A DNA stretch of 63,186 nt, the filler included, from Octopus bimaculoides (taxonomy: Eukaryota): assembly GCF_001194135.2 (NCBI RefSeq). It is 4 parts of 4 records of this genome, joined end to end, with 100 filler letters (N's around TTAATTAATTAA, not from the genome) between each part and the next. Parts side by side here need not be neighbours in the genome. Positions count along the whole stretch, not along the records: positions 20,062 to 41,548 come from NC_068998.1; positions 41,649 to 61,448 come from NC_069005.1; 2 more parts are not named here. The stretch is one strand, 5' to 3'. The translations under genes were made by a program, and so were the position numbers. Below the pieces are notes generated by a model. It saw only the letters and a program-made list of their open reading frames with translations. It was not told the DNA's origin and did not search any database. How positions within the stretch are numbered: position 1 is the first letter of the stretch; every line of letters starts with the position of its first letter. Below are positions 39,981 through 52,378 of this stretch, piece after piece.

Positions 39981-40449
39981 ACCTGTAGAATATGATCTAT
40001 TCACCGAGCTGCTACGCAATTATTCCCTCCAACAACCACATGTGTATGATCTGAAGTACAAGACAAAAATAGAAAAGAAAGAACATTTAGTAAAATCTTT
40101 TAATAATAAATGGAAATAGTAATAATGATAATAACAATGGCAGTGGTGGTGATGGTGATAATGATAAAAATAAAAATAGTAATAAAAATAGTAATAATAT
40201 GCTGCAGCTGCTAATACTACAACTACTACTATTATGATAGCACAGGAACCTGAGGCCCAACTACCACCCTTACCGTTACCCACACCCCTGCTACTCTTGC
40301 TGTTGCTGCAACCACTGCTGCTACTACATATGAAACCGATAATATCAGTGATATCATTGATGATAATAAAAATAATAATGAAAGGAAACGGGTGGAGCTT
40401 CTCATGGACTGATTAATGATACATCTAGTGATGGTGTCACAATAAAAAC

Positions 40450-41426
40450 ACTGGTAATTGCGCAACTTGATAATCGCTACCTCATATGAGTGACAATGAA
40501 AAAACAAAATATTGTGAATAACGGTGGTAATGAAACTGAAGCCAATGATGGTGACAGTGTTACTCCCGGTAGGCTCAGAGATTCTGGTCCGGCTCCAGCC
40601 TGTCGATATCCAGAAAGGGACCACTACACACGGCGTAGATGGAGCAAGCAAATTAATGCTGTTGTCATGGTGTGTTATTACCTGAGCGGCCCGGTAGATG
40701 AAAATGGTGCTCAAATTAGAGCAAGCACTAAGAACGAATTACATCAAATACGGAATACACAACACATCAGAAAGTGATAAGTGCAGAATTTTGGACAAAA
40801 TGGTGAAACCGTATGGCATATTTCCAGCCAATGTACGCTACTAGCCCAGAAAGAATATAAATGATGTCATGACAATATAGCAAGTATTGTCCATTGGACA
40901 CTTTGCAACAGGTATGGACTTGACAGAGCAAAAAATTGGTACGAATATAAACCCGAAGGCATCATCGAAAATGATAATGCAAAGATCCTATGGGATTTTA
41001 TGATTCAGTGCAACCATGTGATAGAGAACAGGAAGCTAGACATAGTCTCAATTGAGAAAGAAAACAAACTATGCTGGATTATAGATATAACATGCCCAGC
41101 TGACAACAAAGTATGCGATAAGGAAGAAAGAAACGTCGATGGATATGACAGATTAGCTTCGGAGGTTAAGCAGTTGTGGTCGCAGGAAAAAGGTGGTAGT
41201 AGTACCAATAATTGTTGGAGCCCTGGGAGTAGTGGGTAAAAATCTTGAAGTACGTGGAACAAATAGCGGCTGCAATAAGGGTGGAGTACTTGCAGAAAAC
41301 AACACTGCTTTGAACCCCTCGAATACTCCGGGTGGTGCTTGAAAAATAAGGGGTGTTACGTTAGTTCACTGGTAGTGAAAAGCTGGCACCGTAGTACATC
41401 TCCAGCGATAGAAGCTGTGCAAAGAC
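40450..41426 (+). mobile_element. Internally deleted R4/Dong element: N-terminus joined to CCHC knuckle and restriction-like endonuclease, followed by (TAA)n
   Basis: RRRWSKQINAVVMVCYYLSGP (R4-type N-terminus) fused at about 40718 to EQALRTNYIK..KCRI..GETVWHISSQC (CCHC), HDNIASIVHW, KILWDFMIQCNHVIENRKLDIV, IIDITCPAD and VPIIVGALG. (TAA)n at 41427-41548. Confidence 0.88.
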
Positions 41427-41461
41427 AATAAATAATAATAATAATGATAATAATAATAATG

Positions 41462-41501
<40 letters not shown>

Positions 41502-41503
41502 TA

Positions 41504-41544
<41 letters not shown>

Positions 41545-41648
41545 AATANNNNNNNNNNNNNNNNNNNNNNNNNNNNNNNNNNNNNNNNNNNNTTAATTAA
41601 TTAANNNNNNNNNNNNNNNNNNNNNNNNNNNNNNNNNNNNNNNNNNNN

Positions 41649-41692
<44 letters not shown>

Positions 41693-42008
41693 GGTTAATG
41701 TTGGATATTAGGCGAGAGCTAGTTATGCTCAGTTTTGAAAACTCGCAGTAGTGCTCAAATGAATTTGAACTTAGTAGGAATTCTTCACCCAGGACTAGGT
41801 CCACGGGTCAAGAGTGGCTTTAAAAGAAATCCAAGGTAAGCTAATATGAAGGTAATAATGTAGAAAAACAAAATTAGGCTTGACACACATATATTTATAT
41901 ATAAACTCCGTTATTCCGGTGGTTATTTCTGTACAATAGGGAGTAAATTCAATAAACACCGCCTTTACCAAAACAACCGATTCTTACGTCTCGAGTTTCA
42001 GCCGTAAA

Positions 42009-42110
42009 ATGAAGGCAGATGAGAAGCGATGTTCTTGTAAAGGAATCCGATCTTGTTTATTATGCGAATATTCTTCCAAGAATACAACAGTCGCACATGA
42101 GAAGCTCCAG
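42009..42110 (+). CDS. ALKBH4: ALKBH4 exon 1 (AlkB-family Fe(II)/2-oxoglutarate dioxygenase), 34 aa, N-terminal CxCKGIRxCxxC motif
   Basis: AAAATG start. Encodes MKADEKRCSCKGIRSCLLCE..EKLQ, matching the ALKBH4 CGCKGIRTCLIC signature. Phase-0 donor CAG|GTAAAC at 42110/42111. Local CpG-rich context. Confidence 0.93.
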
Positions 42111-42866
42111 GTAAACACAAACATTCCTACAATTCAGAAAACGGCTCCAGCAAGGTGCCTGGTTCAAACCGCGTGTCGGCCGTCGCCGTTTTGTTATTTA
42201 TTATTTGTTAAAAACATCGAATTGATGGACAGGATTTAGAGCCGGGTTAAGTGTCTTTGAGTATTTCATTCCATCTGCTTACATTTCGTTTTCGAAGTCT
42301 TTATTCCTCCTCCCGAAGGTTAGTGGACGAAGTCCCACTAGGTTTACTCAAATGCCACGTCTCTCTCGGACAAACACGATTTTTCTTGAATGAAAAACGA
42401 AAGAAACGATTATAAATGCGAACAAAATAAAATATAAATTGATATGTAGATAAATATAAGGGTTTATATAACTGGGAAGACGGAAACGGTGTAGAAGCCT
42501 GACGAGTAAGACTATACCTGTTGTCATATGTTGGGTTCTTTTAGTAGAATCCCACTCTCTGGCAAGTATTTGGGCCATGTTTCCTGTGGAGATAACTATC
42601 TTTTTTTTTTTCAACTCCTATTCAGTCTCAAAACCCATCAAAAGGCTTAACGGGCGCTTCTCCCTGTCTTATCACTAGATCGTAAAAATTACAACATGTA
42701 ATTAATGGAATAACAGAATCGGTAGAACGACGGATAAAATGTGTTACCGTATTTTGTGGTGAACCTCTGCGTTCTCAGTTCGATTCCTACCGAGATCGAG
42801 TTTATCTTTTATACTTCCGGGTTCGATAAAATAAACTCTTTGCGAAATACCGAATTCGATCCAGCC

Positions 42867-42916
<50 letters not shown>

Positions 42917-43763
42917 CACACACTCGAACAAACAAATGTATGACATTTGCTCCCCCCCCCCTTACTTTTTAGATTGATCTATTTTAAAGACAAGTATGAG
43001 GTTTGACAGACTCGAATCGGTAGAGCATCGTATTGTTGACAGACATTATTTAGTTCTGTGTATGTTAACCAAGGAAGGCTCTGTCATTGTAACCTGCCCC
43101 TAATTGATGCTAGTATCATTGATAGTGTGAGCGTTAATTAGGCAACTGTTTTAATTAAAATCTGACATTAATGAAGAAAACAGAATACACATGTAATCTT
43201 GTGCTGAAATTCTTTCATTCCTTGAAGATTACTTTTGTTTTAAAACAATTTACCTTGGACACCATAGAATATAGAGGGTAATTAAGTCTATAATTACTCG
43301 AAATTCCTTAGAATGTGTGAGCTCACCAGCGCCACCACCACCACCACTACTACTACCACCATCATCATTTAATATCCATGTTCCTTGCTGACATGAATTG
43401 GTCAGTTTGACAAGATCTGACAATCTAGAGGATTGCTTTGAGATGCAATGTCTGCTTTGGCATGATTTCAACAGCTAGATGTCCTTCCTAACAACATCAG
43501 TCACTGAATGTCTTTTTTTTCTTCCTTTGTATGACACTTACAGTAGAAACCATCCTGAAGTAGAGAAGGAATCCTCAGAACTGACAGATCCTGCCGAGCC
43601 ATCCAACCGATGCCGTCAACATGGAAAATAGACATCAAATGGTGATGATGAGATATACATATGGTTCCCGGTTCAGTCCCACTGTATACCACGTGTCTTT
43701 TACACTAGTACCAGGTCAACCAAAGCCTTGCAAGTGGATTTAGTAGAAAGAAACTGAGTGGTG

Positions 43764-43908
43764 GGCGTTAGGAAGTGCATCCAGGTGTAGAAACTCTGCC
43801 AGATCAGATTGGAGCCTGGTGCAGCCATCTGGTTTGCCAGTCCTCAGTAAAATCGTCCAACCCATGCCAGCATAGAAAGCGGACGTTAAACGATGATGAT
43901 GATGATGA
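43764..43908 (+). mobile_element. SINE family C 3' part (ALKBH4 intron 1)
   Basis: GGCGTTAGGAAG.GCATCCAG..CGGACGTTAAACGATGATGAT. Confidence 0.85.
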
Positions 43909-43916
43909 TATATATA

Positions 43917-44320
43917 GGTGCAGGAGTGGCTGTGTGGTAAGTAGGTTGCTTATCAACCACATGGTCCTGGGTTCAGTCCCACTGCGTGGCACCTTGGGCA
44001 AGTGTCTTCTACTATAGCCTCGGGCTGACCAAAGCTTTGTGAGTGGATTTGGTAGTCGGAAACTGGAAGAAGCCCTACATATATCTATATATATATATAT
44101 ATATTTGTATGTTTGTGTGTCTGTGTTTGTCCCCCCACCATTGCTAGACAACTGATGCTGGTGTGTTTACGTCCTTGTAACTTAGCAGTTCGGCAAAAAG
44201 TGACCATTAGAATAAGTACTAGGCTTACAAAAAATAAGTCTCGGGGTCGATTTGCTCGATTAAAAGGTGGTGCTCCAGCATGGCCGCAATCAAATGACTG
44301 AAACAAATAAGAAAAAGAAT
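43917..44320 (+). mobile_element. tRNA-derived SINE family A, full-length (ALKBH4 intron 1)
   Basis: Same head, body and tail as 7016-7430. Confidence 0.9.
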
Positions 44321-44387
44321 ATATATATATATGGGGTTTTTTCACGCTGACTACTTGATAAATTCTTATAAAGATTGTATCCTATAT

Positions 44388-44418
<31 letters not shown>

Positions 44419-44419
<1 letters not shown>

Positions 44420-44661
44420 CATCATCATCATCATCATCATCATCGTTTAACGTCCGCTTTCCATGCTAGCATGGGTTGGACGATTTGACTGAGGACTGGT
44501 GAAACCGGATGGCAACACCAGGCTCCAGTCTAATTTGGCAGAGTTTTTACAGCTGGATGCCCTTCCTAACGCCAACCACTCAGAGAGTGTAGTGGGTGCT
44601 TTTACGTGTCACCCGCACGAAAACGGCCACGCTCGAAATGGTGTCTTTTATGTGCCACCCG

Positions 44662-44665
<4 letters not shown>
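44419..44665 (-). mobile_element. SINE family C, inverted copy (ALKBH4 intron 1)
   Basis: Reverse complement of 43764-43908 plus the upstream 60-bp units. Confidence 0.88.
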
Positions 44666-44697
<32 letters not shown>

Positions 44698-46179
44698 CGT
44701 TAATGGCATGAAGTTGTTATGGTCCTTTGGATGATAACTGAGGAAGGCTTAGTGAAGTTCTATTGTGTATATTTTCCATTCTGTTTGTTGTGATCCTATA
44801 TCATTTTTGAACAGGTTATGTGTGTGTGTGTGTCATTGTGTATGGGTTTGTCCCCCACCACTGCTTGACAACTGGTGTTGGTTTGTGTGTGACTCTGTAA
44901 CTTAGCATCTTTGCAAAAGAGACTGACAAAATAAATACCAAGGTTTAAAAAAAACGGTAATGAATGCGGAACAATTTGGTTGGGAAGCAAACTTCTTACT
45001 ACACAGTCACACCTATATGTGTGTGTATGTATATATACATATACACATGTATACATATATATATATATACACACACACACACATTCATATGTACACACCC
45101 ACAAGTTTGAAATACAGACTGGATTATTCAGAACATCATTAATCCATATTTTATAGAAGATTAGTGGAGATTAATGAATGAGATATGAGTTGAAGGGTGT
45201 CAGTTTGATGGTAGTCATGGTGGCAGTGTGAGGCAATGATGTAATTGAAGAGAAAGAAAGGAAACTGAATTGGAAAGAGAAGGGAGAAGAGGTGGCTGAG
45301 AAAGAGAGGCAAAGGAAGAGGAGGAGAAAATGACTGGTTAAAACATCCTCCTCCCCTTCTTCCTCACACCACCCTTCATACTCCCCACCACTCAATTGTC
45401 GAATGGTGTCAATGGAACACCTTGACCTGTTTAATTCTGATGCTTGCAATTTGAATAGAAGACTGAGTTAATTAATGTAATTAGTAGTGCTTAATTGGCA
45501 TCTTCTGAAATTAAATGGCTCATTGGGCAAATGTGTTGGATTACACAAGGTTTGTGAGTTCAAATCTTGCTTTAGTGCTATTGTATATGTGTGTACGTGT
45601 ACATATATATATATATATGTGTGTGTGTGTGTATATATATGTGTGTATGTATATATATATATGTATGTATGTATGCACATTTAGGGGAGGGGTTAAGTTG
45701 ACCCCAGTGCTTGACTGGTATTGATTCCACCGACCCTGAAAGGATGGAAGGCAAAGTCAGCCTTGTCAGAATTTGAACTCAGAACATTAAGACAGGCAAA
45801 AAGCTATAAAGCATCTTCTCCAGTCGGCGTTCTAATGATTCTGCCATTTCATCTTATATAATAATAATATTAATGATAATAATAATAATAATCCTTTCTA
45901 CCACAAGCACAACTCCTGAAATTTTTGAGGTGTGGGGGATGTGTGAAGGGGAGGATCGGAGCTAGTCGTTTACTCGAAAAGGATGAAAGGCAAAGTCAAC
46001 CATAACAGAATTTGAACTCAGAACCTCAAGGCAGGCGAGATGCTGCTAACCGTTGTCTCTGGCTTGCTAATCGTTCTTCCAGCTCGTTACCTTTTCATGT
46101 CAAATTATAATTAAAGCAATTTAACATTAAAATGAAGAGTTACTCGGTAGATTTTGTAGAGTCCGGATTTATTGAAGAA

Positions 46180-46385
46180 GGTGTATGGCTTAGTGGTTAG
46201 GGTGATTGGCTGATGATCGCAAGGGTGTGAGTTCATTTCCCAAGGGTGCATTGTGTCCTTGAGCAATGTAAGACTGTCTTACATTGCCACAGTCCACTCA
46301 GCTGACAAAAATGAGTTGTACCTGTAATTCAAAAGGGCCAGCCTTGTTACACTCTGTGTCATGCTGAATCTCCCTGAGAACTACA
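46180..46385 (+). mobile_element. tRNA-derived SINE family D
   Basis: A box TGGCTTAGTGG, B-box-like GAGTTCATTTCC, core TTGTGTCCTTGAGCAA..CAGTCCACTCAGCTGACAAAAATGAGT. Confidence 0.75.
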
Positions 46386-46789
46386 TTATTTTCTCCATAT
46401 ATGGAAGTAATTGTGTGTGTGTGTGTGTGAGATATGGTTAAATATATATAAAACTAGAATAGTCGTAAGTTATGTGTGTGTGTGTGTATGCATTTGTGAA
46501 TAGGTTTCTATTGTACGTGTATGTGAGAATAGACTATGTATTGTGTGGTGAGTATTGTATGTCTGTGCATGTTTATTGGATTAGGTTATGTTAGTGTGCA
46601 TGCATGCGCCTGTGTGTGTGTGTGTGTGTGTATACAGGTGGCATATATTCCTTACATATAGGTTGATAGTGTGCCAAACTTCCCCTGATCTCCAGTCATT
46701 GGCTCATGAAAAAGAATGGTCTCCTTGTGCTTTGCTTGCCCTCTGCATTTTACCTGTTTGTCTGCTTAATTATCTCTCTCTCTCTCTCT

Positions 46790-46831
<42 letters not shown>

Positions 46832-47948
46832 CACATACACACACATGTATACACGCACGCACACATATATGAATATATGTATGTGTACACATTGGTGTAT
46901 ATTCTTTGTTGAACTAAAAGACCAGACACCATTACACCGTAGCCACAACAACCAGTGCAAATGGCACCTGTTGTTGTTGTTGTTGTGTACAGTAAATGAC
47001 AAGATAAGTCTTTAGTAGTAGTAGTTGTTGTTGTTAATTAGCAATCTGCTATTTGAATCATTCAGTGTCCTTACTTTGCTTATTTGTCTTTACCATGTTC
47101 ACTTTTGTTATTGTAGTTGTTGTGAAAGTTAATAGTAGTAGTGGTGGCGGTTGTGGTTGTTAATGTACTGGTTGTCGTAGAGGTGTTGCTAATGGTGGCA
47201 GTGGTGGTGGTAGTAGTGATGGTTAATATATTGGTTGTTGTTGTTATGATTGTAGTGAGAGAGAGACAGGATGGTGGACTGAATAATTTCAGTTATAAAA
47301 TTCTCCCTAATCATACATGCTCGCTACGCGCACACACACATACATAAGTCAAGGGGCCAACTTCTGACCTATGTATTCTGCGGCTCGCTTGTCAATAAAT
47401 TCATACTGTAAGGGCCCATTGCGTTGATTTGCCCAGGGATCCATAATGCTGCCAAAACCGATCCTTCACACACACACACAAATCTATACATATACTCGTC
47501 CCAATACAAATTTCTGATCCTTGTACTGCTATATTACTGAAACGTTAAGCCACCGTTTTATGTATCCATTATTCCCGACAATTCTCCTTACCAAAGAATA
47601 TTTAAATAATTGTCAGGTCTTAGACTTAGAAAGAACATAGATGACGACTACGATGTTACAGTATTGTTATTCCTTTATAAGATGCAATAACGATTAATTC
47701 CAAACCGGACAGTGTTCGGTTTCGGTCCAGCGGAAGTGAAATATCACATCATTTCGCCAACAGTTTTCTTCTAGTTTGTTCGAGAAATAATTTTAAATCC
47801 TGATTTCACCTGCCTTAAACATGATTATGTACACATACACACCTGAGTTTGTCGTCATCTATCTATACGTATGTATGTATATATATTTATACACTCGCAG
47901 ACATAGCGTATAGAAACGTATACATCGTAATCACGCCTTCTAAAATCT

Positions 47949-47999
<51 letters not shown>

Positions 48000-48749
48000 A
48001 TGCATTAATTGAAAGTGGATAATTATTGTAAGCGATCAGTATTGAAGTTCTGAAATAAAATGTTCTTTTTCAGAATTGTAATTTTCGTATTTCTAAATTC
48101 CTTCTTTCCAAAACATTTCCGAAAATAAGCGAAAAAGAAAAAAACAAAGCTTTGTACACCCACGTGGTATCGGGACATTGCCGAACGTTAATAATATAAA
48201 AAATAGATAAATAAATATGCATTTACATATCTAGTTATATGTAAACACATAAACAAAAACTCGGTTATAATTTATATACAACAGCTAATGTATGTAGAAA
48301 TAAATACGTTATGTAGGATTGTATTTGGGAGTGATGTGTTGTGGGCGTGTGGGTTAGCGTCCTGGATTATTTTCTCCTTTTATGGGTGAGGGTTCGAATT
48401 GTGCTGAGGATGTAATGATGCCTAATCATCTTTCGGGACCAAAAGTCATTTGAGGATATTTCTTTAACTGAACATCTTTAGCGAACCCTAATTTTTATAT
48501 ATTGATGTGGATTTCGTGATGTTTCCGTTCTGACCCTTTCAAAACCTAACAGAGACTCTTCAGGTCGATTCAATATTTAAATAAGCGAATCTTAGATGCT
48601 AGTACGATAATTACAGCAGTCTTAAGGGTAACCGTAGCCAAATCTCAGAAAATATAGTCTCTCTCATTCAAAGACGGGATGTTCACGGCTGGAATGTCTT
48701 CGTTTCCACTCGTCAAAGCTAAAAAGAATTTTGTAATAAAACTGAAGGC

Positions 48750-49420
48750 TTTCTATCTTTTACATGTTCCAATCATTTGATTGTGGCCATGCTGGGGCAC
48801 CGCCTTCAAGAATTTTTAGTTGAATAAATCGATCCCAGGACATTTCTTTTTTTAAAGCCCGGTATTTTTTCTGTTGGTCTATTTGGCCGAACCGCTAAAT
48901 TAGGGGGACGTAAACACACCAACACCGGTTACCATGCAGTGATGGTGGTGGACACACACGCGCGCGCTTGATGGGTTTCTTTCAGTTTCTGTCTACCAAA
49001 TCCACTCACAAGGCTTTAAATCGACCTCAGGACTTATTTTCTTGTTAAGTCTAGAAGTTATTCCATCGATCCATTTTGCCGAACCGCTAAGTCATGGGGA
49101 CGTGTACACACCAACACCACTCGTCAAGTAGTGGTGTGGGGGACAAACACACACAAAGACACACATATACATATGTACATATACTCTTATTCTTTTTACT
49201 CTTTTACTTGTTTCAGTCATTTGACTGCGGCCATGCTGGAACACCGCCTTTTAGTCGAGAAAATCGACCCCAGGACTTATTCTTTGTAAGCCTAGTACTT
49301 ATTCTATCGGTCTCTTTTGCCGAACCTCTAAGTTACGGGGATGTAAACACACCAGCATCGGTTGTCAAGCGATGTTGGGGTGGGGTGGGGGGGACAAACA
49401 CAGACCTACATGTATGTAGA
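48750..49420 (-). mobile_element. Cluster of three partial SINE family A copies
   Basis: Repeated TTTGCCGAACC.CTAA.T.A.GGGGA.GT.AACACACCA blocks at about 48885, 49075 and 49317. Confidence 0.8.
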
Positions 49421-51012
49421 ACACCCCAAGCATGGTCCCCCGACAAGTATGTTCTTAGTTGATCGACCAACTAACTGGTCATTGTTGAAACCAATGGGGG
49501 ATCTTTTCTGTTTAACTGAACCTGTGGAGATTTTAAAGTTTTGTGAAAATTTTAATACCCAAATTTTAACGACAAAACACGATTGAGAATTACTGATCTA
49601 CATAATACTATATTATCTACTGTCACCTTACGTATCACCATTTTTGCAAGAGTAAGGAGTGATTTCATAAATCTTTGGCTGTTATTTCTAGCAAGTCAGA
49701 CAATGGTTGCGAAGCATTGGTATCCTTAATGTGTTTGATGTAATTGAAGGGAGGTAACTGTATAAAACCAGATTATCCATTTGCTAAATAGCAATTGCCA
49801 TGGTGACTGACGTCTGTAAACACTCCATCTTGCTTCTCACACTTGTCACAATCAACAACAACATGTGCATTCTTTTATATAAATAATTCAATTTGTTTGT
49901 ATTGTTCTTCTTTGTGTATTTTGTATGAATTTATTGGTCGAGTCCTGAGTTTCTTGACTTTCAACCGTATCTGGTTGTGGGGACTTGGTCAGGATTTCCA
50001 GGGTTTTCTACTATTGTTCCCGGGTCTATTCTCACCCAGAGTAGTGGCACCTATCAGGGTCCCAGATATGGTTTAATTAGCTTATTAGAGCTTTCCCACC
50101 TATGAATATTAAGACTGAAGAAAAAAAAAATCCCTTTATAGCTCAATGGAGGAGAAGGTGACCACAGTAACGCATTGTGGGGTGCAGAGAACAAAATGAG
50201 GCAACTTGATCATCCCCTGCATATTTCTTCATCCTCAGTCGTCTTGACCTGGTCTTGCCACTGGATGGAAGATGGTCATGGAAGAGTGAGTGAGGTTGAT
50301 GGTGCACAACTCTTCTTCATTTTAATCAGAGTCAATGTCCAAGTGATCAATCAGTCTTTAGGAGGACCAGGTGATCCTTACCACTCCAACGGATGACCAT
50401 ACAGTGGATTTAAGGTCAGTTCCACAGTGGATTTAAGGTCAATTCCACCATACATATTTCTAACTCCCAAAACCCTTCTTTCTTACTCTGTCTGAAATCC
50501 CTGGATCCTTCCCATCTCAGACCAAGGTTTCTGTACAGGAACCAACATAGAGAGTATTTACTCTCCCCTAATTAAGGTTTCCTAGACAACAGGGATTTCC
50601 TATGAACATGAGGTGAACTCACTGACTGCATTTCACGAGTACCTCTTTGTTTGATAGGCAGATTCTATGTAACTGGTCATTATCCTGGATACATATCTGG
50701 AGTATTTCTTACTGCTAACTTCTCCTGTATTTCTCTCATCTCAGTGTTGTGTATACATGCACATATAATATATTTATAAAGTGCTGGTACCACATAAAAT
50801 GCACCAGCCACGTTGGTGTTACATAAACACACCCGTGCTGGTGCTGCATAAAAGCATGTTGGTGTTAGGAAGGGCATCCAGCTGTAGAAACCCACCCAAA
50901 ACAGACAAGGAACCTGGGTAGCTCTTCAGCAGGTCAGCTCCTGTTTAACTGTCCAAACCATGCCAGTAAGAGAAATGGATGTTAAATGATGAGGATGATG
51001 ATCTATATTATG

Positions 51013-51044
<32 letters not shown>

Positions 51045-51062
51045 GTATTTATTATTATTATT

Positions 51063-51463
51063 ATATCAAGAGCTATTATACTATAAGTAAAGCCACACCC
51101 TGTAAGGGGCCTCTACGCACTGAATTCGAGGGAATGAACATAGAAATTCCATGTGTTCACATGGTATTTCATTTTCATTTTATCTAGTTTCAGCTCATGA
51201 GCTGTGGCCATGCTGGGGCACGGCCATTATGTATAGATGTTTATATTTATATTTTCCTGGTTATGTTCATATTGATGAGTGGAGAGCATGTTATACGTGC
51301 TGCCCATGAAATCATTAATGATATACGACTAAACCTTTTTTAAAAGTATTTCTCCTATGTTCATTCCCTCGAATTCAGTGTGTGTGGATATTTGTTGAAG
51401 TAGTTTGATTTTAGAGTACACTTATAGCATGTGGCTTTACTTATAGTAGTAGCCCTTGATATA
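51063..51463. mobile_element. Fold-back MITE (~400 bp) with bipartite inverted repeats
   Basis: Perfect 26-bp IR 51118-51143 / 51355-51380. Perfect 19-bp IR 51079-51097 / 51430-51448, extending outward as ATATCAAG.GCTA. TA-rich flanks. Confidence 0.75.
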
Positions 51464-51593
51464 ATAATGTATTTTATATATAAGGAAATAAATTATATAT
51501 TTTGTATTTATTTTTCCTTAATCGGTTTTGCATGCTGGCTACTTGATAAAATCATATATAGATTTTATCCTTATATTTTATTTATAAATATAT

Positions 51594-51777
51594 CATCATC
51601 ATCATCATCGTTTAACGTCCGTTTTCCATGTTGGCATGGGTTGGACAGTTCGACTGGGGTCTGGGAAGCCAGGAGGCTGTACCAGGCCTCAATCTGGTCT
51701 GGCAGTGTTTCTACAGATCAGATTGGGGTCTGTTGCAGCCTCCTGGCTTCCCTGATCCCAGTCAAACCATCCAACCC
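51594..51777. repeat. SINE family C fold-back: 63-bp inverted arms with 14-nt loop
   Basis: 51638-51700 versus 51715-51777, 53 of 63 complementary. Confidence 0.85.
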
Positions 51778-51884
51778 GTGTGTGTGTGTGTGTAATATAC
51801 TTATGTATTTATCTATCTCTTTATGTGTAAATATGTGTGTGTGTGTGCATGTGTACTTATGAATAAATGTATGTATATTTGTAG

Positions 51885-52094
51885 ATCACAACCTATCTGT
51901 ATTGTAACAAATGTCAGAAAGCTTGGGCAGAGCAGCAGCAACGGAAACAACACCCGGATCATGAAGGAGCATCAATGGAGTATCCTGGGATCTTCTTGAA
52001 AGAAGAGTTTATCAGTGCTGAAGAGGAGGAATTCCTGACCAAACAGATTGACCTGTCTCCATTCGTAGATTCCCAATCAGGTCGGAGGAAGCAG
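51885..52094 (+). CDS. ALKBH4: ALKBH4 exon 2, 70 aa
   Basis: Acceptor TTTGTAG| and donor CAG|GTACGT. 210 nt open in phase 0: ITTYLYCNKCQKAW..EYPGIFLKEEFISAEEEEFLTKQIDLSPFVDSQSGRRKQ, matching the ALKBH4 FPGV..EDF..EEE...SQSGRRKQ block. Absent from the ORF track (under the size cut-off). Confidence 0.93.
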
Positions 52095-52258
52095 GTACGT
52101 TTAATTGTACCATTTTGATGTTTTGTTTTTTGTTTTTTTTTTCTTATAAAGTAGCCGGGATTGGAGGGGTGGCAGGATGGGTGTGTGATCTTTGCTGCCC
52201 CTTTTCTCAAAGAGACAATATTGATGCATTTGTTGTCCAATCTGAACATCTGTTGGTC

Positions 52259-52378
52259 AAAGCCTCACAAGGCTTTGGTCGGCATGAGGCTATAGCGGAG
52301 GACACTTGCTCAAGGTGCCACGCAGTGGGACTGAACCCAGGACCATGTGGTTAGGAAGCAAGTTTCTTACCACACATT
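52259..52378 (-). mobile_element. SINE family A head fragment (ALKBH4 intron 2)
   Basis: CACAAGGCTTTGGTCGGC..CAAGGTGCCACGCAGTGGGACTGAACCC..CTTACCACAC. Confidence 0.8.

Noticed and set aside
50401-50446. 23-bp tandem duplication, and other short direct repeats that might suggest a CRISPR-like array
   Set aside because: Only two adjacent units without spacers, within a decayed LINE-like region of a eukaryotic genome; ordinary slippage.
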